Shown here: positions 49,287 through 58,613 of the stretch, piece after piece
Layout of the letters: each line of letters opens with the position of its first letter
Numbering within the stretch: position 1 is the first letter of the stretch
Virus record (IMG/VR): IMGVR_UViG_3300036715_003254
Coordinates: 32,001 to 96,000 of that record
DNA from: a virus
Reading direction: 5' to 3' (one strand)
Length of the DNA stretch: 64,000 bases
The notes under the pieces: generated by a model
The model's database searches: none
Told to the model about the DNA's origin: nothing
The model's input: the letters and a program-made list of their open reading frames with translations, nothing else
Made by a program: the position numbers and the translations under genes

Positions 49287-49940
49287 TTATAGTATTTTTT
49301 GTACTGTACAAGTGCAACTTACTTTATCACTTGATGATGATTGAACTGATAATCTTTTTTGATTCCCGAAGTAAAATGTGTAACTAGGTTCATTATTCTC
49401 CGTCTTATATGTAGACTTATTTACACCAACTATTTGAATATCCTCTGAAGAAGAGGCATCAAAATGAACCGCAAAAACAAATGAAAAAACTTGCTCATAA
49501 GCAACATTATAAATGTCAAACCCGCGAACATTGGCGATATACGTTCCTCCTGATAAAGCTGGGGAAATAAATTGTTTTGAACTACAATCAGCATCGGATA
49601 ATGTAGAAATTATTGGAGTAAATAAATTGCTAGCGCTTATACTTCCATTAACCTGTAACTTATCAACACCATTATCTGTTGTTGTTCCTACTAATAAATT
49701 AACACCAGTGTCATATACAACACTATTTGAATTAATAGTTACTATGTGTTTTCCATTACAAGCAATACCGATATTGCCTTCTGCAATATGGTAGAAACCT
49801 GTATCATTTGAACTATCATTTTGAAATACTAGTCCTGGGGCGATATTCGTACCTTCCGGAATAAAAACCTGACCAGTAAATACTGGCGAGTTGATGTTTG
49901 CTTTTACATCATTAAGCTTATCTAGTGAATACTTAATCAT
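49287..49940 (-). CDS. Short tail fibre-like protein
   Basis: KANINSPVFTG...APGLVFQND..DTGFYH...NLLVGTTTDNGVDKLQVNGSI fibre motifs. Confidence 0.65.
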   Translation of the reverse strand: MIKYSLDKLNDVKANINSPVFTGQVFIPEGTNIAPGLVFQNDSSNDTGFYHIAEGNIGIACNGKHIVTINSNSVVYDTGVNLLVGTTTDNGVDKLQVNGSISASNLFTPIISTLSDADCSSKQFISPALSGGTYIANVRGFDIYNVAYEQVFSFVFAVHFDASSSEDIQIVGVNKSTYKTENNEPSYTFYFGNQKRLSVQSSSSDKVSCTCTVQKIL

Positions 49941-50299
49941 AGTGCGAATTCTCCTATTTTTTGGGGTCTAAAGTATTGTTTGGTATTCCCATCCATATCT
50001 TTATAGCTTATTGGCACATCATATGGGTACACAGATTTATATATAGCAAGAGCTTTATCGTTAGCAAACAGCTCTTCATATGTTCCAAGCACCTGTATTG
50101 ACTTCATAGTCTTTACAAAAGCTAATTCCTCATCTGTAAGAATTGATAGAGCCAAGCTCCCATTTTCGTTTTTAATGACTGGTGTGGTTTGGACATTCCA
50201 CCCAGTTACATTCCCTTCTCCATCTTTAACTTTATAGCTATCTGGAAGTTCATCCATAAAAGCTTTAGTATCTTTACAATACGTTATTACGTAATTCAT
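49937..50299 (-). CDS. Hypothetical protein downstream of the lectin-like fibre
   Basis: 120-aa ORF with RBS AGGAG. Confidence 0.6.
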   Translation of the reverse strand: MNYVITYCKDTKAFMDELPDSYKVKDGEGNVTGWNVQTTPVIKNENGSLALSILTDEELAFVKTMKSIQVLGTYEELFANDKALAIYKSVYPYDVPISYKDMDGNTKQYFRPQKIGEFAL

Positions 50300-50332
50300 T
50301 TGTTTCTCCTAAGGGTTTTATTGTTTATCAAA

Positions 50333-51757
50333 CTATGCAAGCGATACTTCGTATGCAGTTAATGCTCTATCATAAATTCGCAAATTTGTAATATGACCAT
50401 ACCAAAGTCTTCCTATCATAATACTAGAAGCAGTATCGCCTAAGTCGTTATATTGTTGTAATCTAGATTCTTTAGCCAATAATACTCCATTTTTGTAAAT
50501 ACTAGTTTGATTGTTTTTACTATCAGAAATTGCACAAATCCTTTTAGTAACAGTATCAAATGGAATATATGTATAAGCCAGCATATTAGTATTTTTACCA
50601 CCGTGACAATGAAAATCAGTACCATCTCCGTAGCCAAATATCAACGCGCCGTCGCCATTACTATTAATTGCGATTATAGAGCTCCAATCGCCGTCTTTTT
50701 TTCCTTTTATATCAAAGTCAGCAATAACGGTTCTCGAATCATATACGGACGGAAAGTTACCTTCTAGAGTGGCACTCAACATATCAGCTGCTCTAGTAAC
50801 AGTGCTAGAAGTTGTAGAAATATAGGATGTAGTAAATGGCAACGCTTCTAATTGTGCTCCATAGATGTTTACACCATTTCCTGTTTTATCTGTCGAAGAG
50901 TAGCTGTATATAACATTAACATATTTACGGTCAGAGGTAGTGACAGTGAAAGTCATACTAAGTCTTACCCACCCATTAGCTAATATTTGTACATTTTTAT
51001 CTTGTAGGTTATTGTTTTGATCTGTTAAAACTCCTGTGTCGAAGTTATAACTCAAATCACGTGAAGTACCGTCTGAGAAGAAAAATGACGGATACATTAT
51101 TCTTATTATAGAGTCTTCTGCTTTTTGAGCAAATATAGAAGCAGTATATGTTGTCCCAGCAGTTAACGAAAAATATGAAATATATATATTTTCCTCTGAC
51201 CCAGTTGTAGTTTTATAAAAATGATAAGCAGAGTTTGCTACACCGTCAGGACCAGTAACATTTTGAGTAATAGCAGAATTTTGAGTACTCCATTGTTCGA
51301 ATTGGTTTGAATAAGAAAATAGATTCGTACTATTACCTTCGTTCAAATAACCTTCTTTTTCAAATCTAGGTACATCTATACCAGCTGTTTTTAGAACACC
51401 ATATCTATCTATATAAGTAGCAGTTGAAGCTCTTGAGAATGTAACACTACCTGTACCAGACCTCATAGCCAAAGAGTTTTTTAGTGGAAGATCTAGCAAA
51501 GGATTATGGATATTACCAATAGCCATTTGAAGATCAGAATTGTTAGCTTTTAGGTCAACTTCTGCTGCATTCTTAAAATTACTCGGATTTCTTAAAAGGT
51601 CAGTTACAGTAGAAGTACTTGTTAAACCGTCATTACTTAACTTTTTAAACATTTTTCCAGTACTTTGGATATGTATTAACCTGTTTAGAGGCACTTTGTC
51701 AATGCCAGTTTGATTTACATCAGAAAATTCCCAAATGGGAGATTTGTTATATGCCAT
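50333..51757 (-). CDS. Fibre/spike protein with shared N-terminal module and ConA/LamG-like lectin domains
   Basis: Likely start MAYNKSPIW at 51757 (RBS GAAGGA). VTFSRASTATYID...PRFE...EGNSTNLF; GAQLEALPFTTSYI.T....VTRAAD; GHITNLRIYDRALT. Confidence 0.8.
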   Translation of the reverse strand: MAYNKSPIWEFSDVNQTGIDKVPLNRLIHIQSTGKMFKKLSNDGLTSTSTVTDLLRNPSNFKNAAEVDLKANNSDLQMAIGNIHNPLLDLPLKNSLAMRSGTGSVTFSRASTATYIDRYGVLKTAGIDVPRFEKEGYLNEGNSTNLFSYSNQFEQWSTQNSAITQNVTGPDGVANSAYHFYKTTTGSEENIYISYFSLTAGTTYTASIFAQKAEDSIIRIMYPSFFFSDGTSRDLSYNFDTGVLTDQNNNLQDKNVQILANGWVRLSMTFTVTTSDRKYVNVIYSYSSTDKTGNGVNIYGAQLEALPFTTSYISTTSSTVTRAADMLSATLEGNFPSVYDSRTVIADFDIKGKKDGDWSSIIAINSNGDGALIFGYGDGTDFHCHGGKNTNMLAYTYIPFDTVTKRICAISDSKNNQTSIYKNGVLLAKESRLQQYNDLGDTASSIMIGRLWYGHITNLRIYDRALTAYEVSLA

Positions 51758-51781
51758 TTTATTTCCTTCCTCAAAAATTTT

Positions 51782-51837
51782 TCGCGTCGCGACTTGGTAT
51801 GTCACATTCCGTGAGGAATTTTACGCGATATATTTAT
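51782..51837 (-). promoter_or_regulatory. Late promoter plus conserved structured 5' leader, copy 2
   Basis: Same 21-nt core as 46145-46165; closing stem TCGCGT/ACGCGA. Confidence 0.75.
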
Positions 51838-51879
51838 TATACTATAATTGAGTTTAAAGATTTATCAATAAATAAATTC

Positions 51880-51950
51880 GGCAAAGACCCCAACTAAGAC
51901 TTGGGCGCAGAACTTGTCATTCTGCTTAAAACTTTGACCCTTGACAATTA
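51880..51950 (+). promoter_or_regulatory. Structured 5' leader of the sheath gene (multi-stem junction plus possible pseudoknot)
   Basis: CAAAG/CTTTG, CCCAA/TTGGG and GCAGAA/TTCTGC stems; loop TTGTCA is complementary to downstream TGACAA; AATAAATA promoter just upstream. Confidence 0.55.
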
Positions 51951-51965
51951 TAAGGAAATATAAAA

Positions 51966-53441
51966 ATGGCTACTATGCTTTCTCCTGGTGTTTATACACA
52001 CGAAATTGATATGAGCATAATTGTACCGTCAGTATCTTCTGCTACTGGTGCATTTGCTGGGTTATTTAAAAGAGGTCAAGTTGGTGTATACAAACTTGTT
52101 TCTTCTGTTGACGATTTGATATCTAATTACGGTGAACCTACAGATTCAAATTATAATGACTGGTTCCAATGCTATTCGTTCCTTCTTTACGGAAGCTCTC
52201 TTCTTGTTTCTAGAGCAATCGATAGTAATGGATCACTAGTTTCAACCACTTCAACAGTAACAGATGCTGCTGCTTCTGGTTCAAAAACTGTTTCAATAGA
52301 CCATATTACTAATTTTTCTGAAGGTGATAAAATTGTTTTTAACGGCGATAGAACTCACATCTATACAATAGACAAAGTAAATTCTTCAAGTGTTGATCTT
52401 GTAGAAACTCTTGCTACTGCTGTTGATAAGAATTCTCTTGTAGAAAAATTTGTTAAAGCTACAAACGCAGCTGTTGAAGCCAAAAAAGTAGGTGGCACTG
52501 CTCCGTATGCGCTAGCTCTTAAAAAACTTGGAATATTTGTTCCAAATTCTCAATACTTTGAAGATTTTAACGCTAGTTTTGGTGTTACCGATGCTAATAA
52601 TGTTGCTCTTCAATTTATAGCGAAAGATCCAGGCGAATTTGGTAACAATATCACTATCTCTATCGGTAATACAGCTGATTTCACTAATGGTTCTACTTCT
52701 CAAGCTCTTCCTGGAGTTCTTTTCAGTCAACTATTTGACAGATATCCTACAACTACTGAAATAGCTATCGTTATTTCTGTTGGTGGCGTTATGGTAGAGA
52801 AATTTATTGTTTCTCTTGTTCCAGGAACAAAAGACTATACAAATAGATCTACTTACATCGAAGATGTACTAAACAGACAGTCTAACTATGTGTATGTGGT
52901 TCACAACAAATTAACAACTACTGTTGCTTCTGCGCTAGCTAACGATTCTACAACTCTTAAACTTGCTTATGGTAATTCTGGTCTTCCAAATACTGATGAC
53001 ATAGAAGTAGCATATGATGTATTCTCTAATAAAGAAGAAGTTGATGTAGATATAGTTATAGCTAATGAACAAGCGCATCTTGCGGCGGCTACTCTTGCTA
53101 TGAATAGAGCTGACTGTATATGCTATGTAGGCGCAAAATATGAGAATGTAATCGGTCTTAAATCTTCAGACATTGTTGCTAAACAAATAGCATATATAAA
53201 CGATTCAAATTCGCCAATGAACCTAAACACTTCATTTGTTGCGTTCTATGATAATTACACACAATTCTATGATAAATGGAATGATAAGTTAAGATGGTGT
53301 AATGTTGCTGGTCTTATTGCTGGCGCAAGAGCTAAAACTTCTTATAACTTATCAGAGTCTGAGGCTTCTGCAGGTCTTATTAATGGCGTGCTAAAAGGTA
53401 TAACAAAGCTTTACTACAGTCCAAACTCGGGGCAAAGAGAT
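51966..53441 (+). CDS. gp18: Tail sheath protein gp18, exon 1
   Basis: MLSPGVYTHEID...FLLYGSSLLVSRA...YDKWNDKLRW...SAGLING...PNSGQRD; homology breaks after QRD. Confidence 0.92.
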
Positions 53442-55208
53442 TGGTGTGCCCGTTTAAAAAGAATAATAAATAACTGAAAGGTTATATAAAACACACAGAC
53501 CTAAAACTTCGGAACTTTTAGGTCTATTTCATAACCTTTAATTAAAATTAAAGGCACTTCAATGAAACAACTTCAACAAGACATCCAAAACTATCTAAAC
53601 AAATTCGGAAACGATGCTCTTACCTCAAACGCTCTCGTTATAAAAAGAAGAAAAGACGACATTATAAATTTCACTAGTTTTCTTCCGGAAGATACAAAAA
53701 TGATGGAAAGAGTTTATATCATTTTCCACGAAATTAAATTAGAAGACCTAGCATGTAAAATATGTGGAAAGAAAAGAAAATTTCGTTCATTCGTGAAAGG
53801 CTTTAACAAAACTTGTGGAAATGGTTCTTGTAACTCAGCTTATGGTTCATTATACTCTACAGATCAAACTAAAAGAGTAGCAAAAATGAATGAAACAAAA
53901 AGTCTTCATACAGAAGAACGAAGAAAAGAAATAAGACAAAAATGTGATCAAACAAAAAGAGAAAGATACGGTGAAGATTATCGTAGATTAGAAGGATTAA
54001 AGGGTTATAAAAATGCTTTAGAAAGAGGAACTTTCTATTCTCCATTCCAAGAATGGTCTAATACAAATAATAAAGAAAAAATCAAAGAAACACATTTAAA
54101 AGCTGCAAAAACACTTAAAAGTAAAATTGATGAAAATGGATTAGATCATTATGATAGAATTCATCAGAGGAAACTAAATGATATAGATAAAAATGGATTA
54201 GATCATTACAACAGAATTCATCAGAGGAAACTGAATGATATAGATGAAAATGGACTAAATTACTATCAAAGACTACATATAAAAAGATTGAACGATATAG
54301 ACGAAAACGGACTAAATTACTATCAAAGACTACATATAAAAAGATTGAACGATATAGACGAAAACGGATTAAATTTCTACCAAAGACAAACTGAAGCACA
54401 ATATAATTCTGGAAGATTTACTAGACCAGAAGATAAAGACGATTTTCAACATTACAGATACAAAGTTTATAAATGTATGAAAAAATTCGATGAGCAGATA
54501 AAGAAGCTTCCGGATTATGATTTAAGAGGACATGCAAATAAAGCAGGTTCATACCATCTAGACCATAAATTTTCAATACACGAAGGCTTTAAAAACTGTG
54601 TTCCGCCATACATCATAGGTAATATAGCTAATCTTGAAATGATTTCTGCTAGAAACAATCTATCTAAAAATAGAGCTTGTTCGATTGATCTTGATACTTT
54701 AATAAACAACCTAGTCTGGTAAAAACAGACTAGGCTTCCTAAATAGTTACATCTAATGAAACTGAAAACTAAAAGCAAATATATTCTCTTAAACCTATAT
54801 CACAAAAACAACCAAAATAAATAATCTGTGTGTTTTTATATTAAACACTTACTGTTCCGAAGGCAGTAATGTTCTTATTCTTTTTATTGTTATAAAAAGG
54901 TCTCGCCATATAGTGATATATGGAAAAATTAATCTATCTAATTGCTGGAAAATCCTTAGAGTCTATTCAACTACAAAGTAAGATGAAAATCTAAGCTTGA
55001 ATGTTTAAAAATGAATAGAATTGGACAATCAGCAGCCAAGCTACTTTAAAATGTAGAAGGTTCAACGACTAGAACGAAAGTTCGTACACTCGAGTGAGTG
55101 GAAATGGTAGACATCTAGAAATAGATGAAGATATAGTCTAATCTTATAGGAAACTATAAGCAGCAGTAAATGCGGTATTTGTGTAACGAACAAATGCGAA
55201 TATAAAAG
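53442..55208 (+). mobile_element. Group I intron in the tail sheath gene
   Basis: Exon ends in U and intron ends in G. Core elements: P AATTGCTGGAAA (54940-54951), Q AATCAGCAG (55027-55035), R GTTCAACGACTAGA (55060-55073), S AAGATATAGTC (55128-55138). IGS AAAAGGTCTC (~54895-54904). Splicing restores QRD|LLYKSRVNPVV in frame. Confidence 0.92.
53562..54722 (+). CDS. Intron-encoded HNH homing endonuclease
   Basis: CKICG...TCG..SC zinc motif, tandem 19-aa IDENGL repeats (57 bp), C-terminal YHLDHKFSI...NLEMISARNNLSK HNH motif. Confidence 0.85.
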   Translation: MKQLQQDIQNYLNKFGNDALTSNALVIKRRKDDIINFTSFLPEDTKMMERVYIIFHEIKLEDLACKICGKKRKFRSFVKGFNKTCGNGSCNSAYGSLYSTDQTKRVAKMNETKSLHTEERRKEIRQKCDQTKRERYGEDYRRLEGLKGYKNALERGTFYSPFQEWSNTNNKEKIKETHLKAAKTLKSKIDENGLDHYDRIHQRKLNDIDKNGLDHYNRIHQRKLNDIDENGLNYYQRLHIKRLNDIDENGLNYYQRLHIKRLNDIDENGLNFYQRQTEAQYNSGRFTRPEDKDDFQHYRYKVYKCMKKFDEQIKKLPDYDLRGHANKAGSYHLDHKFSIHEGFKNCVPPYIIGNIANLEMISARNNLSKNRACSIDLDTLINNLVW

Positions 55209-55625
55209 CTTTTATACAAAAGTAGGGTAAACCCTGTAGTAAATTTTGTCGGACAAGGTAAAGTTATCTGGGGACAAAAAACTCTTAATGGTTATGCTAG
55301 TGCGTTTGACAGAGTTAATGTTAGATGCCTATTCAATAAACTTGAAAGAGTTATCTCTAAAATGGCTAATGCGTTCTGTTTCGCAAAAAACAACGAATTT
55401 ACAAGAGAAAGATTCAAATCAACTATTACTCCGGTTCTTGCTCAAGATCCTGGTGTAGATCAGTTCTATATCGACTTAAGTAAGAATACTCCTGAAGTAA
55501 TAGCTAGAGGCGAATTTATTGTTAATATACTTATAAAACCAGTATATACAATGGAATTCATATCTCTTGGGTTTACAGCGGTAGGAAATTCGCTCAAGTT
55601 CGAACAGGTGGTACAATCCATCTAA
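55209..55625 (+). CDS. gp18: Tail sheath protein gp18, exon 2
   Basis: LLYKSRVNPVVNFVGQGKVIWGQKTL...SAFDRVNVRCLF...NNEFTRERF...NTPEVIARGEFIVNILIKP...FISLGFTAV, the canonical gp18 C-terminus. Confidence 0.92.
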   Translation, partial: LLYKSRVNPVVNFVGQGKVIWGQKTLNGYASAFDRVNVRCLFNKLERVISKMANAFCFAKNNEFTRERFKSTITPVLAQDPGVDQFYIDLSKNTPEVIARGEFIVNILIKPVYTMEFISLGFTAVGNSLKFEQVVQSI

Positions 55626-55645
55626 CTATAAAAGCTATAAGTCAA

Positions 55646-56734
55646 TTAAGACTTATAGCTTTTTCTTCCTTTTACCCAACCTTTAGTTACTTCTTCTGGT
55701 AATAATGTTTTACATATTTTAAGCTTATCATTATGATACCAACTTTTTCCTAGATTGGTTTTCATTTTTTCGGGATCCATATTCACAATCCTGCCTCTTC
55801 TAAACCCTTTATTCAAAAATTCTTCTATTCTGTCTTTCTCTACCTGAAAACTATCTACACCATTTGTCATCCAAACAGTACCTAAATTATTTTGTGTCTT
55901 CCCTTTAACCCAGCCATCATTTAAATACTCTTCTAACTCTTCTTGCTTAATGGATATACTTTCTCTACCCTTCTTTATCCAAATACGCCCAAAAGCACCA
56001 CTATTTTCTCCTCTTCTTTTCTCAGCATATTTTTCTCTTTCTTCAGGAGTTAAACTTTGATAATATTTCTTTACTGCAGCTGCTCTCTTTTCTATGGTTT
56101 CTTTAGAAGGTTTATAACCTTTCAAACTTTCTGAAGTTTTTCTACCTTTTCTCTGATAACCAGTTAAACCGTCTTCGCCTACTTCAGACAGCTTTTCTTT
56201 TGTTTTTTGGATTATGAGTTCTTGAACAGACATTCCATTTTCTAAAATAGTTTCCTTCCTAGTTTTATAACCACGTCTACCACTATCCTGAGCATTAGTC
56301 AATCCATTCTCTAGAACTGTTTCCTTTCTAGTTTTCGCCGCCTTTAAAGCCGCCTTTTTATATTCACTCAAACCATTTTCATCAACAGTTTTAAATTTTT
56401 CGAAAATCTCTCTGTTAACTTTCTCAAAAAGTCTCGAATTAGTAATCTCTCCCCATCCTCTTTTTTCTGATGTGTGTTTTAGCTGCCAAAGAGCATAAAC
56501 CATTTTTCCACCAAAAATTCTAGCTAGCATTATATGAGCTATAAAATGAGCTCTGTAAGATAGATTAACACCATTCCAAGGATATAAATTAAGATTTTCA
56601 TATTCAGGAAATAACGCTCTTAGTAGTATATGATGTTTATGAGTATGAGTTTTACTTAATGTATTAAACTTCTTACAAAAGTTTATATACCTTTTCGAAA
56701 GGTTAGTGTTTGGTAGGAAGCTTTCTATGTTCAT
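55646..56734 (-). CDS. Free-standing HNH homing endonuclease (Mob-like) with C-terminal DNA-binding repeats
   Basis: N-terminal HKHHILLR...NGVNLSYRAHFIAHIMLARI; ENGL repeats; NUMOD-like (PSKETIEK) and W..NG...GW.KGR repeats. Confidence 0.85.
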   Translation of the reverse strand: MNIESFLPNTNLSKRYINFCKKFNTLSKTHTHKHHILLRALFPEYENLNLYPWNGVNLSYRAHFIAHIMLARIFGGKMVYALWQLKHTSEKRGWGEITNSRLFEKVNREIFEKFKTVDENGLSEYKKAALKAAKTRKETVLENGLTNAQDSGRRGYKTRKETILENGMSVQELIIQKTKEKLSEVGEDGLTGYQRKGRKTSESLKGYKPSKETIEKRAAAVKKYYQSLTPEEREKYAEKRRGENSGAFGRIWIKKGRESISIKQEELEEYLNDGWVKGKTQNNLGTVWMTNGVDSFQVEKDRIEEFLNKGFRRGRIVNMDPEKMKTNLGKSWYHNDKLKICKTLLPEEVTKGWVKGRKSYKS

Positions 56735-56820
56735 TATAATTCTCCATAAATTTTTTATAGATTATTTATTAGAGAACCAACAGCAACAAACCTTTACTCT
56801 ATGAATCTTATTCCTTAAAA

Positions 56821-57447
56821 TTACTCTACAAAACTAACTATCCTAAAGATTTCAATAATTTGAAATACCCAACGATTCATATTAGATTCAGTTTGAAATT
56901 TTCCTTCTATCTGAAAGCTTCCTTCAAAGTCGCCTTTCGTAATTTTAAAAAATTTCATTCCTTCAAAAAAGAAATAATCTATCTTTATTCCTTTCTCTTC
57001 TAAAAATTTCTCTTCTAAAAGAGAATATATTTCTACTCCACCGTAAATACTATCATCCGCATTATAATGAAATTTAAATACAATTTTAAAAAGGTCTTCT
57101 TCCTCACCTCTAGATACAACAAAAGAATGTTTTTCTTCTTCCAAACACTTATTACTATTGCCTTCTTTCAAAGAGTAAAACATTTCAAGAACAACTTTTC
57201 TTAGTCCATTTATACTATTAGTAAAATCTGTAAGAGGCAAATCTTGTATTTTAGTATGGATAAAATCATATTCATCAGAACCGCTAGAAGAAATGAATTT
57301 AAAGTCTTCTGTTTCTAAGTCTTTATGAATTGCGACTTGAAATAGAATATCAAAGCAGTTATAATCAGGAGATTCTATTTCCTCTATAGGAAAATAAGCG
57401 TAGTCGAAAAGAATTGACTCCTTTTCGTTTGAATGAAATTTAAACAA
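56821..57447 (-). CDS. Hypothetical protein
   Basis: 208-aa ORF with RBS AAGGA. Confidence 0.55.
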   Translation of the reverse strand: MFKFHSNEKESILFDYAYFPIEEIESPDYNCFDILFQVAIHKDLETEDFKFISSSGSDEYDFIHTKIQDLPLTDFTNSINGLRKVVLEMFYSLKEGNSNKCLEEEKHSFVVSRGEEEDLFKIVFKFHYNADDSIYGGVEIYSLLEEKFLEEKGIKIDYFFFEGMKFFKITKGDFEGSFQIEGKFQTESNMNRWVFQIIEIFRIVSFVE

Positions 57448-57463
57448 TATAATCCTTTAAATT

Positions 57464-58612
57464 TTAAAATGTCACAGTTCTGTAATATGAAAAAATCGAA
57501 TCATTTAATCCTGAACCAGTATCTTGAGGATTTCTACATATAGATTTTCTATTTAAATAGAAAAGAGTTTCTTTTCCTGTTTCATAATCAGTAGCAAAGT
57601 AAAGCTTATCTTTATAATTTCCTAGTATAAGTGTTGAATCACCAAATTTCTCGCTATTATAGAAAATCATATAATAGTCTTCATCAGCAAAATTGTCAAC
57701 ATAGCAGTCATAACCAGAAAGAGTACCAATATATTTTTCATCTCTTCCTGTTCCGCTTTTATCTGATGTAATAGATGATTGAATTGATGATAATAGGTAT
57801 CCAGCTACTTTAGGAGACATTATAATCTCAAAAGAAAGACCTCTATTAATTATAGAGTTAAGAGACATAATATCCAAATTAAGATTACTAAAAAGTGCGC
57901 TAGGTATATCTTGGTTAGGTGGAAGGTCATTAGAATCTAAAGCTAGTGTTGGTAAAATTGTAGAAATATCTTTTAGTGTAAAAATTATCTCTCTATCAAT
58001 TTCATCTATAACTACTTGAGAAAGGTTTTGAGCTATTTTATCTTCAAAATCAGTAGGATAAAGAAATTTTATATCTTCTAGAACTTCTCTTGTAATTTGA
58101 GTTTTGATTTTTTTACTTATAGCTGTAGTTTTAATTCTTTTTACACTTAGGTCTATTGAGTTAGGAATAGTAATTTCATTAGACTCAAAAAATCTAGAAA
58201 AGGCAAAAATAATAGATGATATATTTTTAGTAATTCTTTTTATTTTAGCCGATGAATTGTCAGAAGTTTTAATATCTTGACCTACAGACATTGAACCGTC
58301 ATAAATGTCAATAAGTATATTAAGTTTTTCAAAATATCTTACTATACCTTTTCCTGTAGAAGTAGTAAGAGTATCTCCTACTGAAATATTCAAAGATTTA
58401 TCAATCATAATAAATGAAAAATTTTGAGAGTTATTTGTTCCTTCTGGATGATGAGATGTATAGAAAGAATAGACAAAGTCTGTTGGAGTTTTCATTCTCT
58501 GAACAGAACATACATTACTTGCTAAACTATTTGAATAAATTCTTTCAAATATCTTTTTCTCTAGTGACGCAAACTCGACTAAATCTGTTGAGAGTGTACT
58601 TTCATTTATCAT
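57464..58612 (-). CDS. gp23/gp24-like capsid paralog
   Basis: VCSVQRMKTPT; SKKIKTQITREVLEDIK...LSQVVIDEIDREII; IMSPKVA; YIGTLSGYDCYVDNFA. Confidence 0.75.
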   Translation of the reverse strand: MINESTLSTDLVEFASLEKKIFERIYSNSLASNVCSVQRMKTPTDFVYSFYTSHHPEGTNNSQNFSFIMIDKSLNISVGDTLTTSTGKGIVRYFEKLNILIDIYDGSMSVGQDIKTSDNSSAKIKRITKNISSIIFAFSRFFESNEITIPNSIDLSVKRIKTTAISKKIKTQITREVLEDIKFLYPTDFEDKIAQNLSQVVIDEIDREIIFTLKDISTILPTLALDSNDLPPNQDIPSALFSNLNLDIMSLNSIINRGLSFEIIMSPKVAGYLLSSIQSSITSDKSGTGRDEKYIGTLSGYDCYVDNFADEDYYMIFYNSEKFGDSTLILGNYKDKLYFATDYETGKETLFYLNRKSICRNPQDTGSGLNDSIFSYYRTVTF

Positions 58613-58613
58613 A

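Noticed and set aside
51758-51805. 16-aa N-terminal extension (MTYQV...) of the lectin fibre
   Set aside because: The GTG lies inside the conserved RNA leader and is out of frame in the other copy; paralog alignment and the RBS favour the ATG at 51757.
53442-53477. C-terminal WCARLKRIINN of the 503-aa sheath ORF, and ORFs 55246-55458 and 55362-55625 as separate genes
   Set aside because: These are read-through into the intron and fragments or alternate frames of exon 2; the spliced model explains them.
54120-54385. 57-bp tandem repeats as a CRISPR or ncRNA array
   Set aside because: They are in-frame 19-aa protein repeats within the HNH ORF with synonymous variation.
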